Assembly (NCBI GenBank): GCA_951406725.2
Contig: OX597835.1
Coordinates: 44,764,001-44,828,000 of the forward strand
From: Octopus vulgaris
Taxonomy: Eukaryota
Length of the DNA stretch: 64,000 bases
Direction of reading: 5' to 3'
Under the pieces are notes generated by a model. It was given only the letters and a program-made list of their open reading frames with translations, did no database searches and had not been told where the DNA came from. Made by a program: the position numbers and the translations under genes. This document shows, piece after piece, positions 40,241 to 53,165 of the stretch; the stretch's first letter is position 1, and every line of letters begins with the position of its first letter.

Positions 40241-41850
40241 TATATATACACACATATACTAGCTGGCACATATTTCCACAGCAACCCACCGGCACATACA
40301 CAGGCATATGTACTACACGTGTGTACATATACATATATTCATACATACATATGTATATATATATATATATATATACATATATATATACATATATATATAT
40401 ATAGAGAGAGAGAGAGTGACAGAGAGAAAGAGATAGATACATAGATAGATATACACCTTATGTCAGTATATGAGCTTATGTGCATGTATATATGTGAGTG
40501 TGTGTGTACCTACATTTACTACGAACACATACAATTCTAAGCATATATATGTATATGTATAAGTGCATACATACACAAATGCATACATCCATCCATACGT
40601 ACATATATATTTATACATACATGCATACATACATATCTATATGTTGACGAAGAAATAGATCTTGATATAGATATATGTATGAACTGCACATACCTCCATA
40701 AACAGACACTGTTCTTGCCAGACATATTTATAGCTTATTAACGTCAGGTATAATTATTTTTAACGTAGTGGTATCACTAAATATATATTGATTATATTTT
40801 TTCTACTTCGTTGGTCGAGTTATATATGTACCTACAAGAAATTTGCAAGAATATGATTATATACACTCTGTACGTAAGTCATCAACATAAACCTAGGGGC
40901 CCTTTCAACATCGCTGAATTTATGGGATCAGAAATTAGGAGATACTCTATATGTCGTGCAAAAATCAAATTTTCAACGTGTAAGATCACAATGATGCACA
41001 TCTGATAGGTAACCATAATCTTTACGATCTATAATAAAGATTATTGCTTCTACGAAGAATCTGGTCTTTTTTTTTTAGGAGATGCAGCGTACCCGTCCTT
41101 GTGTCTCATCATGTGTGTATCTAAAGCTAAGCATATGATTTGAAAGAGATTTTGTACCCCTGTTTCAGTGGGTGATATATATAGCTGACATTATTATTTC
41201 AATACTTATTTTGCATATAAGTTTCGTAGCTGCTATATTATAATATAAAATATGAGTGGGCGTATATTATAGAATTTCCTCCTTTCCCCCCTCTCTGTAC
41301 AGGTCTTTACGATTTGCCTTCTCTGTAAAAATAGAAACGCCATTCCTTGTTGAGGTGAGCTGACGTAAAAATTTTAAAAAAAAGTGTCAAGAAGGCGAAA
41401 GATTTTCGTCGGTGTTCAGAGCGGTAGTAATACAAGAGAGATAAGCAATGGAAAGATAACATTTAGCAGTAAAATAGAATTGAGAATTGCGAAGGAATGA
41501 TTTGTTTAAAGTGAATTAAAATAAATTGAAGGGCAACTCCAATCGGACCCCAAGGTGGTTATTTCTAGCGTAGATTTCGTTCATGAAGATATTGGTTCAT
41601 CGTTTCATTCGCTTACGGTTATTATGAAAACAATTCCGTCCAAAATGAGTGAGAAAAAAACCTCAAAGCAGTGAATAGCGCTTATTTGAATATAGACAAG
41701 AAGAGCAGCATCAAATACCATACAACAGAATTTGTTTATCTGTTATAAATATCTCTGACACTCATCTGTATCCATAAGCACCCGTTTCCGGTATCTGTCT
41801 TGGCGTTCGTACCCCTTCAAAACTGACGCACATTTTCCCCCATGATACTA

Positions 41851-42800
41851 TTTCTTCTTCTTCTTCTTCTTCTTCTTCTTCTTCTTCTTCTTCTTCTTCT
41901 TCTTCTTCTTCTTCTTCTTCTTCTTCTTTTTCTTCTTCTTCTTCTTCTTCTTCTTCTTCTTCTTCTTCTTCTTCTTCTTCTTCTTCTTCTTCTTCTTCTT
42001 CTTCTTCTTCTTCTTCTTCTTCTTCTTCTTCTTCTTCTTCTTCTTCTTCTCCTCCTTCTTCTTCTTCTCCTTCTTCTTCTTATTTATCTTCTTCTTCTCC
42101 TCCTTCTTCTTCTTCTCCTTCTTCTCCTTCTTCTTCTTATTTATCTTCTTCTTCTCCTCCTCCTTCTTCTTCTTCTTATTTATCTTCTTCTTCTTCTTTA
42201 TCTTCTTCTTCTTTTTCTTCTTCTTCTTCTTCTTCTTCTCCTCCTCCTCCTCCTCCTCCTTCTTCTTCTTCTTCTTCTTATTTATCTTCTTCTTCTCCTC
42301 CTCCTTCTTCGTCTTCTTTATCTTCTTCTTCTTCTTCTTCTTCTTTATCTTCTTCTTCTTCTTTATCTTCTTCTTCTTTATCTTCTTCTTCTTTTTCTTT
42401 TTCTTCTTCTCCTTCTTTTTCTTCTTTTTCTTCCTCTTCTTCTTCTTCTTCTTTATCTTCTTCTTCTTCTTCTTCTTCTTCTTCTTCTTCTTCTTCTTCT
42501 TCTTCTTCTTTATCTTCTTCTTCTACTTCTTCTTTATCTTCTTCTTCTTCTACTTCTTCTTTATCTTCTCCTTCTTCTTCTTCTTCTTCTTTATCTTCTT
42601 CTTCTACTTCTTCTTTATCTTCTTCTTCTTCTACTTCTTCTTTATCTTCTTCTTCTTCTTCTTCTTCTTCTTCTTCTTCTTTATCTTCTTCTTCTTCTTC
42701 TCCTTCTTCTTCTTCTTCTTTATCTTCTTCTTCTACTTCTTCTTTATCTACTTCTTCTTCTTTATTTTCTTCTTCGTCTTATTATTATTATTATTATTAT
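41851..42800. repeat. ~930-bp (CTT)n / (GAA)n trinucleotide tract ending in (ATT)n
   Basis: Directly visible; source of the spurious poly-Leu ORF. Confidence 0.97.
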
Positions 42801-42957
42801 TGATACATTCCGCCCAGAGCATTTTTTCGGGATCGATAAAATAACTGGCAGTTAATCACTGGGGTCTATTTACTCGACACAGGTTCTCCCCAGAAAACGC
42901 TGGCCTTGTGCCAAAATTTGAAACCGTCATTTCATATATATGTATATATACATATAT

Positions 42958-45323
42958 AGTAGAGGTAATGATATATGGTATGAGAGAGTTAGTTGAGACG
43001 CAGCCATTAGAAAATACCACAGGCCTATCCAGTCTAAACTTCCATAAGGCAAACTGGAAGAAGATCAACGAAGAGATCCGAAAACATGACTGGAGTGACT
43101 TCATCACCACACAAGAGACCAACACACATTTCCAACATTTCATGACAACAATACAGAACATATGCCATAAGTTTGTCCCGGAGAAAAAAGCCAGCGGGCA
43201 TAGGAACGTTATTCCCAGAGACAGGAAAATACTTATGAGGCGAAGAGCTAAGCTCTCGAAGCAACTGAATGCACGGCAGAGAAACAATAAGGGACTCCAC
43301 CTGAAACTTTTTGAAACGGAAACTGCACTCAAACTTTCCTATGAGAAGGAGAGGGCAGAGAGAGAAGCCAGGGCCATAGAGAATATTAAAACAAACCCTA
43401 AAGCTTTCTTTAAATTTGCGAAAGAAACCACCTCGGTACACTGCAAGATTGGCCCACTCTTTGATAAAAAGGGCTCTCTAACTGAGGACCCCCAAGGGAT
43501 AAGTGAAATACTAAAGGAACAGTATAAAAGTGTGTTCACATCCCCTCTGGGGCACATGCAAATCACAAACCCAGAAGTTTTCTTTGATGCCACAACACTC
43601 CAAAACCAAACAACAACCATCGACCACATAGACATAACAGAGAGGGATGTAATATCTGCCATAGAAGAAATGAGAATAAACTCAGCTGCTGGACCAGATG
43701 GATTCCCAGCAGTCCTCCTAAAAACATGCAGGCATGCCCTAGCGGGACCACTGAAGATGCTCTTCAGTGGTTCCTTGGCTAACGGTAAACTGCCCAGGGC
43801 GCTAAAAGAAGGCACCATATGCTCTATCCACAAAGGAGGGAGTAGAGCAGAGGCCAAAAACTACAGGCCAGTCTCCCTGACGTCACACATAAGTAAGGTC
43901 ATGGAACGAATCATCAGAAAAAAACTGATCACGTTCCTCGAAGAAACTAACCGTCTCACTGACACACAGCATGGCTTTCGCCCAGGAAGAAGCTGCCTTA
44001 CGCAGCTGTTACAACACTACGACTGGGTACTGAAACAACTACTGGATCGCTCACAGGTGGATGTGGTATATCTCGACTTTGCGAAGGCCTTTGACAAAGT
44101 CGACCACGGAGTGATATGTCACAAATTACTCAGACTCGGCATAACAGGAAAAGTAGGTGAGTGGATACATGACTTCCTGAAGGACAGAAGCCAGATGGTT
44201 GCAGCCAATGGAGCCCTCTCGGGAAAGACACCAATAGCAAGCGGGGTGCCACAGGGCACAGTCTTGGGACCCTTGCTGTTTTTGGTGGCGCTCTCTGACA
44301 TGCCCTTGGTAGCACAAACAACATCCCTCACTAGCTATGCTGATGACACAAAGGTAGCACAGGCAATCAAAAACCCAGCTGATGCTGACCTTTTACAACA
44401 AGATCTGGATGCCATATACAAATGGGCTGAAGACAACAACATGCAATTTAATGCTGGTAAATTTCAAGCCTTACAATATCAAGCTGTAAACACATATACA
44501 TTACAACACAACTATACTGGTCCAGGAGGGATCGAAATCCCAGTATCGAAATCAATACGGGACCTGGGGATAGACATGAGTGACGATGCATCTTTTTCTT
44601 CACACATCGCGAAGGTGGCGACAATGTGCAGACGACTCACTGGCTGGATCCTGAGGACATTCCGGACAAGAGACTGCGAGACCATGTTGACACTATGGAG
44701 GACATTTGTCCTAAGCCGCCTAGACTACTGCTCCCAACTGTGGTCACCGCATAGTGTCAAACTAACCACAGAGCTTGAGACAATCCAAAGACATTTCACC
44801 AAGAGGATTTCCACCATGAAAGAAAAGAACTATTGGGAGAGGCTTAGGGAACTCAATTTGTACTCCTTGGAACGAAGACGAGAGAGATATGCAGTGATAT
44901 ACATATGGAAAATCCTGGAGGGACTAGCACCAAATTTTGGAATTGAGAGCTGTTCCAATCCCCGTACAGGTCGTCACTGTGTGGTGCCAAAGGTCCCGTC
45001 TTCCACATCCAGGGTAAGGAGCAGATACTGTAATAGCCTGGGGTTCAGGGGCCCTCAGCTGTTCAACAAACTGCCAAGAAAACTAAGAGATCTACATGAT
45101 GCGGATGTGGACATTTTCAAAAAACATCTAGACAAGCTGCTTTCCGGGATCCCAGATGAACCCACTGCAAGGTACGAAGGTAACCTAAGGGCAGCAGCTA
45201 CAAACTCTCTCTTAGATCAGTGGCCAGCCACGGCAAACTGGACTTAGAGAGGGTAGCAACAAGGGCGGTGCCCCAGCATGGCCTCAGCCGGATGGCTGAA
45301 ACAAGTAAAAGAGTAAAAGAGTA
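42958..45323 (+). mobile_element. 5'-truncated CR1-group LINE
   Basis: RT ORF followed by a short 3' UTR and (gtaaaaga)n tail; no APE endonuclease domain in this copy. Confidence 0.9.
42968..45247 (+). CDS. LINE ORF2 reverse transcriptase (N-terminally truncated, frame open)
   Basis: AAGPDG, NYRPVSLTS, QHGFRPGRSC, YLDFAKAFDKV, GVPQGTVLGP, YADD, RDLG, LDYCSQLWSP, YWERL..LNLYSLERRR. The start is arbitrary because of truncation. Confidence 0.88.
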   Translation: MIYGMRELVETQPLENTTGLSSLNFHKANWKKINEEIRKHDWSDFITTQETNTHFQHFMTTIQNICHKFVPEKKASGHRNVIPRDRKILMRRRAKLSKQLNARQRNNKGLHLKLFETETALKLSYEKERAEREARAIENIKTNPKAFFKFAKETTSVHCKIGPLFDKKGSLTEDPQGISEILKEQYKSVFTSPLGHMQITNPEVFFDATTLQNQTTTIDHIDITERDVISAIEEMRINSAAGPDGFPAVLLKTCRHALAGPLKMLFSGSLANGKLPRALKEGTICSIHKGGSRAEAKNYRPVSLTSHISKVMERIIRKKLITFLEETNRLTDTQHGFRPGRSCLTQLLQHYDWVLKQLLDRSQVDVVYLDFAKAFDKVDHGVICHKLLRLGITGKVGEWIHDFLKDRSQMVAANGALSGKTPIASGVPQGTVLGPLLFLVALSDMPLVAQTTSLTSYADDTKVAQAIKNPADADLLQQDLDAIYKWAEDNNMQFNAGKFQALQYQAVNTYTLQHNYTGPGGIEIPVSKSIRDLGIDMSDDASFSSHIAKVATMCRRLTGWILRTFRTRDCETMLTLWRTFVLSRLDYCSQLWSPHSVKLTTELETIQRHFTKRISTMKEKNYWERLRELNLYSLERRRERYAVIYIWKILEGLAPNFGIESCSNPRTGRHCVVPKVPSSTSRVRSRYCNSLGFRGPQLFNKLPRKLRDLHDADVDIFKKHLDKLLSGIPDEPTARYEGNLRAAATNSLLDQWPATANWT

Positions 45324-46563
45324 TACATGTTTGTATGTATATACATATATTTATACATGTTTGTATGTATATACATATATATACACATGTATCTATATAC
45401 ACACAGAAATGTATATATTAATGTATGTATATGTATGTATATATGTATGCATGGTTTCCGTTTTTTATTACGTTTAGACAAATCACATTTTAATTCTTCG
45501 TTCTCTTCGTGAAGGTTAATTCCTATCGATATGTGAAGTTCAACACAAAAAGTGATAAATTAAAAATATAAACATTCATAAAAAAAAACAAAAAAATATA
45601 AACTGACTATTTGGGGAAAAAAACGGAATTTGTAAAATGGATGTATTATCATAGCGTAATCTTGAATATTTTCCTTCACCATGTCTTTGATTCATTAAAT
45701 TTTATTTGATTTTATAAATGTTCGTGAAAAATTAGCATTCAGTATGCAGACATCTTTTGTAAGCTGAACAGAATTTTTCACAATGTCATCTAAAGACCTT
45801 GGGAGAAAATACTATGAGATACAAAAAACAACAACAACACCGCCAACAACATTACGTATAACACTATACATTATTTTATTGAGGGAAAAATAGAAGATTA
45901 AAAAAATTCATCTTAAAAAAAAAATAGTGTGAATGTTAAAAATGTTGGAAGAGTTATATTTTGTTTTGATTATTGTAGAATTTTTAATTGATATCTTCAT
46001 TATAGCTTAAGATTCTCGTTTTAATCTTTTATTTTTATCTTTAATGTGTCCTAACGAAATTAAATATCTGCTACGCAATACATTCTAATGTGTCGAAAAT
46101 TTTTGATTTATTTTAGCTTCTTCTTTTCTGCTTCTGTTCAAAATTCTTTTATAGGAAAATATCATCCATAAGTTGTCATACGATATGACGTGGGTAGACC
46201 GGAGGCGCAAAGAGTTTCAAATTAAGAATTTCATTACTGACAAGGTCAGGAAAAATAATTTGAAACGTAAATAGGAATATCTATAGGTGCATGTATGTGA
46301 GTAAGTACATGTGTATGTATACAAATACACACACACGTGTATACACATACATACGCATACACATACATATGTCAATGTATATAATTATATCTGCCTGATG
46401 TGTGTATATATATATATGTATATATATGTATATATATAGGCATGTATATATGTAAGTGTATGGATATAAATACATACACACTCATGCATAGATACATTTA
46501 CAAAGACAGAAAGACACACACAAAGGCACACATATACACATACATATATGCATCCATCCATAC

Positions 46564-46622
<59 letters not shown>

Positions 46623-46784
46623 TAGATAGATTGATAGATAGATAAATAGATAGATAAATGTGTGTATGTATCTATACACATATATCTGTACATATACATG
46701 TATACATATGGTTGGAGGAATAAATACATATATGTATATAAATATATAGATATATACATACAGGTCGATGTATGTGTATGTATG

Positions 46785-46833
<49 letters not shown>

Positions 46834-46860
46834 GTGTGTATATATATATAAATATATATG

Positions 46861-46899
<39 letters not shown>

Positions 46900-46952
46900 T
46901 GCTATGAATATTTGTACGTATATACTATATAAATAGATATGATTAAACATAC

Positions 46953-46988
<36 letters not shown>

Positions 46989-47386
46989 GCAGACAGAGAC
47001 GTAGAGCATACACACGCACAGAGTGAAGTTGAAAGAGGAGTAGAAAGAAAGGCAGAGGAAATGCAAAAATCTTGGAAAATTAGATGAGGCGAATCAAGAA
47101 ATAAAATCAAATCAGAAATATAAATGAATAAAATAACAAATATTGTACACCGAAAGTAAATAAACGACAAAGTTGAAACAATATTGAGTTTTAATTCACG
47201 TCACATCAATTTATGTTTTAATTGATCAAATATCAATACAGAAGTGTCAGGATTACACATATACGGCAACACATTAAAGTATTATACATTAATATATGTA
47301 TATGTAAATCAATATAAATGTATACACACGCACACGCACAACACACAGGCATATATTTATGCACATACATGTACCGCCCGACCCCA

Positions 47387-47499
<113 letters not shown>

Positions 47500-47623
47500 C
47501 TCTATATATATTTATATATATGTATAAATATATATACATATATATACGTATGTACACTCTATATAAACACTACACAATAACACACGCATAATATATTTCT
47601 TCACATACATGTATATGTATGTA

Positions 47624-47716
<93 letters not shown>

Positions 47717-48206
47717 TTGTAAGTGTATATAAATATGTGTGTATGTATATCTATATGTTCTTATGTGATTCTCGCTTCGGTGACTTGTACGTGTGTAATT
47801 GTCATTCTATCGACCTACACAGACACATGCACATACACGTTAACATACATCACATATATGTTCAAGAGTATGTCAAGATTTCGTGCATGCTGTGCGGGTG
47901 TCTGCTACTTCCTATATATGTGTGTGTGTGTGTGTAACACGATATATCGAGAAATACATAATAGATTGTTGTATACATATATACGCACACGAAGATGTAC
48001 GCATTGACATACATTAATGCGTGCATGTTGTTATCAAATAAACGTTGAATCTAAAAGCAATTATCAATATATCGTATCGTCTATTAGAATCAAATAAAAA
48101 TGCGTAGATAGAAGGTCTACATGAAGCTGAAACTGAAATTCGCAGATATATGTGTGCGTATGTGTATGTATTAGACTGACTGACTGTCTGCATTTGTATG
48201 CGTGTA

Positions 48207-48252
<46 letters not shown>

Positions 48253-48396
48253 CATATGTGTATATACACATATACATATATGTATGAATATATGTGCGTG
48301 AGTGATATTGGGGGTATACACACATACATACTTATTGACACGCATAAATATTAAGAAAGATTTATATATATATAACTACATATATACACACATATC

Positions 48397-48441
<45 letters not shown>

Positions 48442-48788
48442 ATATATATATACACATACACACACCCTCCGACACACATATAGTGTTGTTTCGTGATGGT
48501 GTATGTATGTATGTATGTATATTTCACGTATATATAATCCAGCTGTAATAGAAGATATCGTGAATAGATGTTATAACACTGGTTCCGCATTTACCATTGT
48601 CTCCAGCTGTATTCCATATCGAAATTTACCATTAAGCCAGATAAACAAGAATTTGCAAAGAATTACTTGTCAACGCAACGCAATAGAATTATTCTTTCCG
48701 TCGAACTGAAATGAATCAATATCTATTCGCTTTCGACTTTCTATCATCAGTTGTAATGCTATATTTTGGCTCGTGTTCTATAACCAAG

Positions 48789-48831
<43 letters not shown>

Positions 48832-48885
48832 TATACAGAGACACATATACATACACACATACCCACACACACACACACACACATA

Positions 48886-48994
48886 TACTCTTTTACTCTT
48901 TCCCGAACCGCTAAGTAACGGGGACATAAACAAACCAGTATCGGTTGTCAAGCAATGCTAGGGGAACAAACACAGATACACAAACACACACACA

Positions 48995-48997
<3 letters not shown>
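48886..48997 (-). mobile_element. SINE family A, 3' half (other half at 51312-51452)
   Basis: ccgaaccgctaagtaacggggac...gtcaagcaatgctagggg, then the SINE-internal (CA)/(TA) tract. Confidence 0.8.
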
Positions 48998-49068
<71 letters not shown>

Positions 49069-49177
49069 GTTAATCCAAACAAGAAAACACAGAAAAAAAG
49101 AAAAAAAAAGGAGAAAAAACACAGCAACGCAGGACGTGGAACAATTAAAGTATTATTGACGCTCAGGAAACAAGGGA

Positions 49178-49229
<52 letters not shown>

Positions 49230-49443
49230 GAGTATAAACAAGAAGGGTAGTAATATTATTTACTACCAGGTGCCCACACAAAAGACGAATTAGTCATAAG
49301 ACAAAAATATTATTCATATAGAAAAATATTATTCATGTAGTTATACAATTAAGGGCTCCTAAATTAAGATGCCGAGTGCTGGGAACACAAAAAGGGGATG
49401 AATTTATCGAGAGTGAAAATCAAAAACGTTTACCGATAACTTT

Positions 49444-49525
49444 AACAACTTGAACCACGGTTTCTGCTTCTTTCTAGCAAAACACAGAATATGTTTGCTA
49501 AGGCTAGCTTCATCAGCGAGTCGCC
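49444..49525 (-). ncRNA. Hammerhead ribozyme, array copy 1 (substitutions in stems I and III)
   Basis: Reverse complement of 51106-51187 with ccgtgg/ttcaag variants. Confidence 0.7.
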
Positions 49526-49896
49526 TTAATTGAATCGAGGTCTGCAGCGATGTGGGACCATGTGTTGGTCCCGACTACTAGCAGATCTTAACTTTTCAAA
49601 TCTCTGCGCAGACGCAAAACTTACACGGCAGTATAGGGCATGCCGGGAAGAATTTTACGAATAAATCCATCATGTAATATGCGAGTATAAACAAGAAGGG
49701 TAGTAATATTATTTACTACCAGGTGCCCAGCACAAAAGTCGAATTAGTCATAAGACAAAAATATTATTCATATAGAAAAATATTATTCATGTAGTTATAC
49801 AATTAAGGGCTCCTAAATTAAGATGCCGAGTGCTGGGAACACAAAAAGGGATGAATTTATCGAGAGTGAAAATCAAAAATGTTTACCGATAACTTT

Positions 49897-49978
49897 AACA
49901 ACTCGAACCGCGGTTTCTGCTTCTTTCTAGCGAAACACAGAATATGTTTGCTAAGGCTAGCTTCATCAGCGAGTCGCC
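49897..49978 (-). ncRNA. Hammerhead ribozyme, array copy 2
   Basis: Reverse complement of 51106-51187 (one substitution in the stem II hairpin). Confidence 0.78.
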
Positions 49979-50300
49979 TTAATTGAATCGAGGTCTGCAG
50001 CGATGTGGGACCATGTGTTGGTCCCGACTACTAGCAGATCTTAACTTTTCAAATCTCTGCGCAGACGCAAAACTTACACGGCAGTATAATAAAGAAGAAG
50101 GGTAGTAATATTATTTACTACCAGGTGCCCGGCACAAAAGACGAATTAGTCATAAGACAAAAATATTATTCATATAGAAAAATATTATTCATGTAGTTAT
50201 ACAATTAAGGGCTCCTAAATTAAAAAGGCCGAGTGCTGGGAACACAAAAAGGGGATGAATTTATCGAGAGTGAAAATCAAAAACGTTTACCGATAACTTT

Positions 50301-50382
50301 AACAACTCGAACCGCGGTTTCTGCTTCTTTCTAGCAAAACACAGAATATGTTTGCTAAGGCTAGCTTCATCAGCGAGTCGCC
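50301..50382 (-). ncRNA. Hammerhead ribozyme, array copy 3
   Basis: Reverse complement of 51106-51187. Confidence 0.78.
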
Positions 50383-51105
50383 TTAATTGAATCGAGGTCT
50401 GCAGCGATGTGGGACCATGTGTTGGTCCCGACTACTAACAGATCTTAACTTTTCAAATCTCTGCGCAGACGCAAAACTTACACGGCAGTATAGGGCATGC
50501 CGGGAAGAATTTTACGAATAAATCCATCATGTAATGTGCGAGTATAAACAAGAAGGGTAGTAATATTATTTACTACCAGGTGCCCAGCACAAAAGACGAA
50601 TTAGTCATAAGACAAAAATATTATTCATATAGAAAAATATTATTCATGTAGTTATACAATTAAGGGCTCTAAATTAAGATGCCGAGTGCTGGGAACACAA
50701 AAAGGGGATGAATTTATCGAGAGTGAAAATCAAAAACGTTTACCGATAACTTTAACAACTCGAACCGCGGTTTCTGCTTCTTTCTAGCAAAACACAGAAT
50801 ATGTTTGCTAAGGCCAGCACTCGGCATCTTAATTTAGGAGCCCTTAATTGTATAACTACATGAATAATATTTTTGTCTTATGACTAATTCGTCTTTTGTG
50901 CTGGGCACCTGGTAGTAAATAATATTACTACCCTTCTTGTTTATACTCGCATATTACATGATGGATTTATTCGTAAAATTCTTCCCGGCATGCCCTATAC
51001 TGCCGTGTAAGTTTTGCGTCTGCGCAGAGATTTGAAAAGTTAAGATCTGCTAGTAGTCGGGACCAACACATGGTCCCACATCGCTGCAGACCTCGATTCA
51101 ATTAA

Positions 51106-51187
51106 GGCGACTCGCTGATGAAGCTAGCCTTAGCAAACATATTCTGTGTTTTGCTAGAAAGAAGCAGAAACCGCGGTTCGAGTTGTT
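51106..51187 (+). ncRNA. Hammerhead ribozyme, inverted array copy
   Basis: ggcgactcg-CTGATGA-a gct...(tagcaaacata ttc tgtgttttgcta)...agc a-GAAA-ccgcgg-TT-cgagttgtt; GUU site after 51178. Confidence 0.8.
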
Positions 51188-51263
51188 AAAGTTATCGGTA
51201 AACGTTTTTGATTTTCACTCTCGATAAATTCATCCCCTTTTTGTGTTCCCAGCACTCGGCATC

Positions 51264-51311
<48 letters not shown>

Positions 51312-51313
<2 letters not shown>

Positions 51314-51452
51314 GACGGGTTTCTTTCAGTTTCCATCTACCAAATCCACTCACAAGGCTATAGTAGAAGATACTTGCCCAAAGTGCCACGCAGTTGGACT
51401 GAACCCGGAACCATGTGGTTGTTAAACAAGTTACTTACCACACAGCCACTCC
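51312..51452 (-). mobile_element. SINE family A, 5' half
   Basis: acgacgggtttctttcagtttcc...cttaccacacagccactcct; continues the half at 48886-48997. Confidence 0.8.
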
Positions 51453-51922
51453 TATATATATCAATATATATGTTTTATCATTTGCAAGTTTAAGCCATCT
51501 CACTGCAGCCATGCTGGGGCAGCACCTTGAAGGTGTTTAAGGAAACAAACCAAACAGAAATTTATTTTTTAAAGTTAGTAATCATTCCATAGCTTTAGTT
51601 CTCATTTGCGAACAGCTTACAGAGACGTAAACACACCGGCAGTAGTAGTGGGGTAGGTGTCAGATACCGAGAGAATGACACACACGCACGCCTGCTTGGG
51701 GGCATACACACACACACTTGTAATTATAGGTATGTATGTTTATGAATTTACAAATTACAATGTGTTGCGTTTGGATGGTTTGACGATTAACAATATACAG
51801 AACGCATATGTACACAACCCATCACTGCAGGTGATGTGGGTTCGTTTCAGACACGCTGCTTCTGAATTCTCCTATACTGTTGCCATTATTAATACATTTA
51901 TATGCAACTCGTTAAACAATTC

Positions 51923-51964
<42 letters not shown>

Positions 51965-51965
<1 letters not shown>

Positions 51966-53165
51966 TAGATTACTAAAACATGCATAGATTAGCAAAAAAC
52001 TTCATTGCATATTTAGAATTAAATTCTCTCCTTTTTTTTTGATAATCTCTTATATTAAATAGTATAAATTTTATGTCCCTAAAGAAACTATGCAGTTCAC
52101 CTTGATTACCTCACTTCCATTTCTTAATATATCATTAACCCAGGATATTTTTACCTATCTAATTAGCTTTTCTCCGTGGGTAGTAAATATTATGTCCAAC
52201 AGATTCTATAATTTAATTCATTAATAACAATTCACTATCTACTAAATCTGAGTAATCTACTCTTCTTAATTATTTCTCTTCATAAAAATAAATCACCTTC
52301 TACTAAACCTTAGAAAGTTATTCATCTTGATTACTCCTCCTCCAGTTTTTCTAATATATATATTTGACCCCTAATATATTCACTTTATTAATAAGACTTT
52401 TGTCCTCAGTTATTGAGTATTATGCCTACTCATAATTAATGATAGATTTTTCTCCAAAATAAATAAATATTAGATTTATAATTTCTCATATAATCCAACG
52501 TATCAAAATATTCAACACCTACCAGCTAAATATAATGCTGATGTATATAAGTTTAAAGGGATCTATGTATTCTGTATAACATTTTGGTATATAGGTGGTC
52601 ACCGTGATCATCTGGCATTGACCTAGTTTTCTTAATACAAAACCTGTTTGCCAAATAGAAATAAACAGCTTCTATGGCATTGCAACCCCCTCTCTACCTT
52701 AATTTCTTTATGAATAACTTCTGACATTTATTTCACCCGTATTTCTATAAATAGAAGATCTTTTTTTGTCTTCTTTCAACTGATTATACTTCCCAACCTT
52801 CTAGAAGTTCAAAACAACTTAATGAATAATCTTCAGTCAGAAGAAAACTCTACTACCTTAATGTTCTTAAAATTTAAATCGACATCTTTGTCTATATATC
52901 TACCTTCTCTATAATGTTATCAATTAATATGAAAATTAATTAATGGAAAACCTCTATAAATGGCTGATGATTGCTCAACATTTTAAAACTGTTGTAATAC
53001 TTACAATATTTAATAAATTGATGTAGCGTGAAACGATCGTACCAAATTATTCTTGTTGCTTATTTTGATTATAATTACCCCATGGATTTATATGGAGAAC
53101 ACCATTCAAAATTCTGGGGCATCTTACTTGAGTACCATATTCATTTGAATCTAAATTTTGTTGAA

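Larger units (their letters stand above)
49229..51270. mobile_element. Retrozyme-like array: ~453-bp non-coding HHR-bearing unit, ~3.6 tandem copies (sense on -) plus one inverted copy (sense on +)
   Basis: Unit starts at 49229, 49682, ~50083 (junction deletion) and 50539; inversion at 50813/50814; (TA)n on both sides; no long ORF. Confidence 0.85.

Noticed and set aside
41842-42855. 337-aa poly-Leu ORF
   Set aside because: Translation of a (CTT)n microsatellite.
43034-44331. Antisense ORFs overlapping the LINE RT
   Set aside because: Shadow frames of the RT coding sequence with no recognisable motifs.
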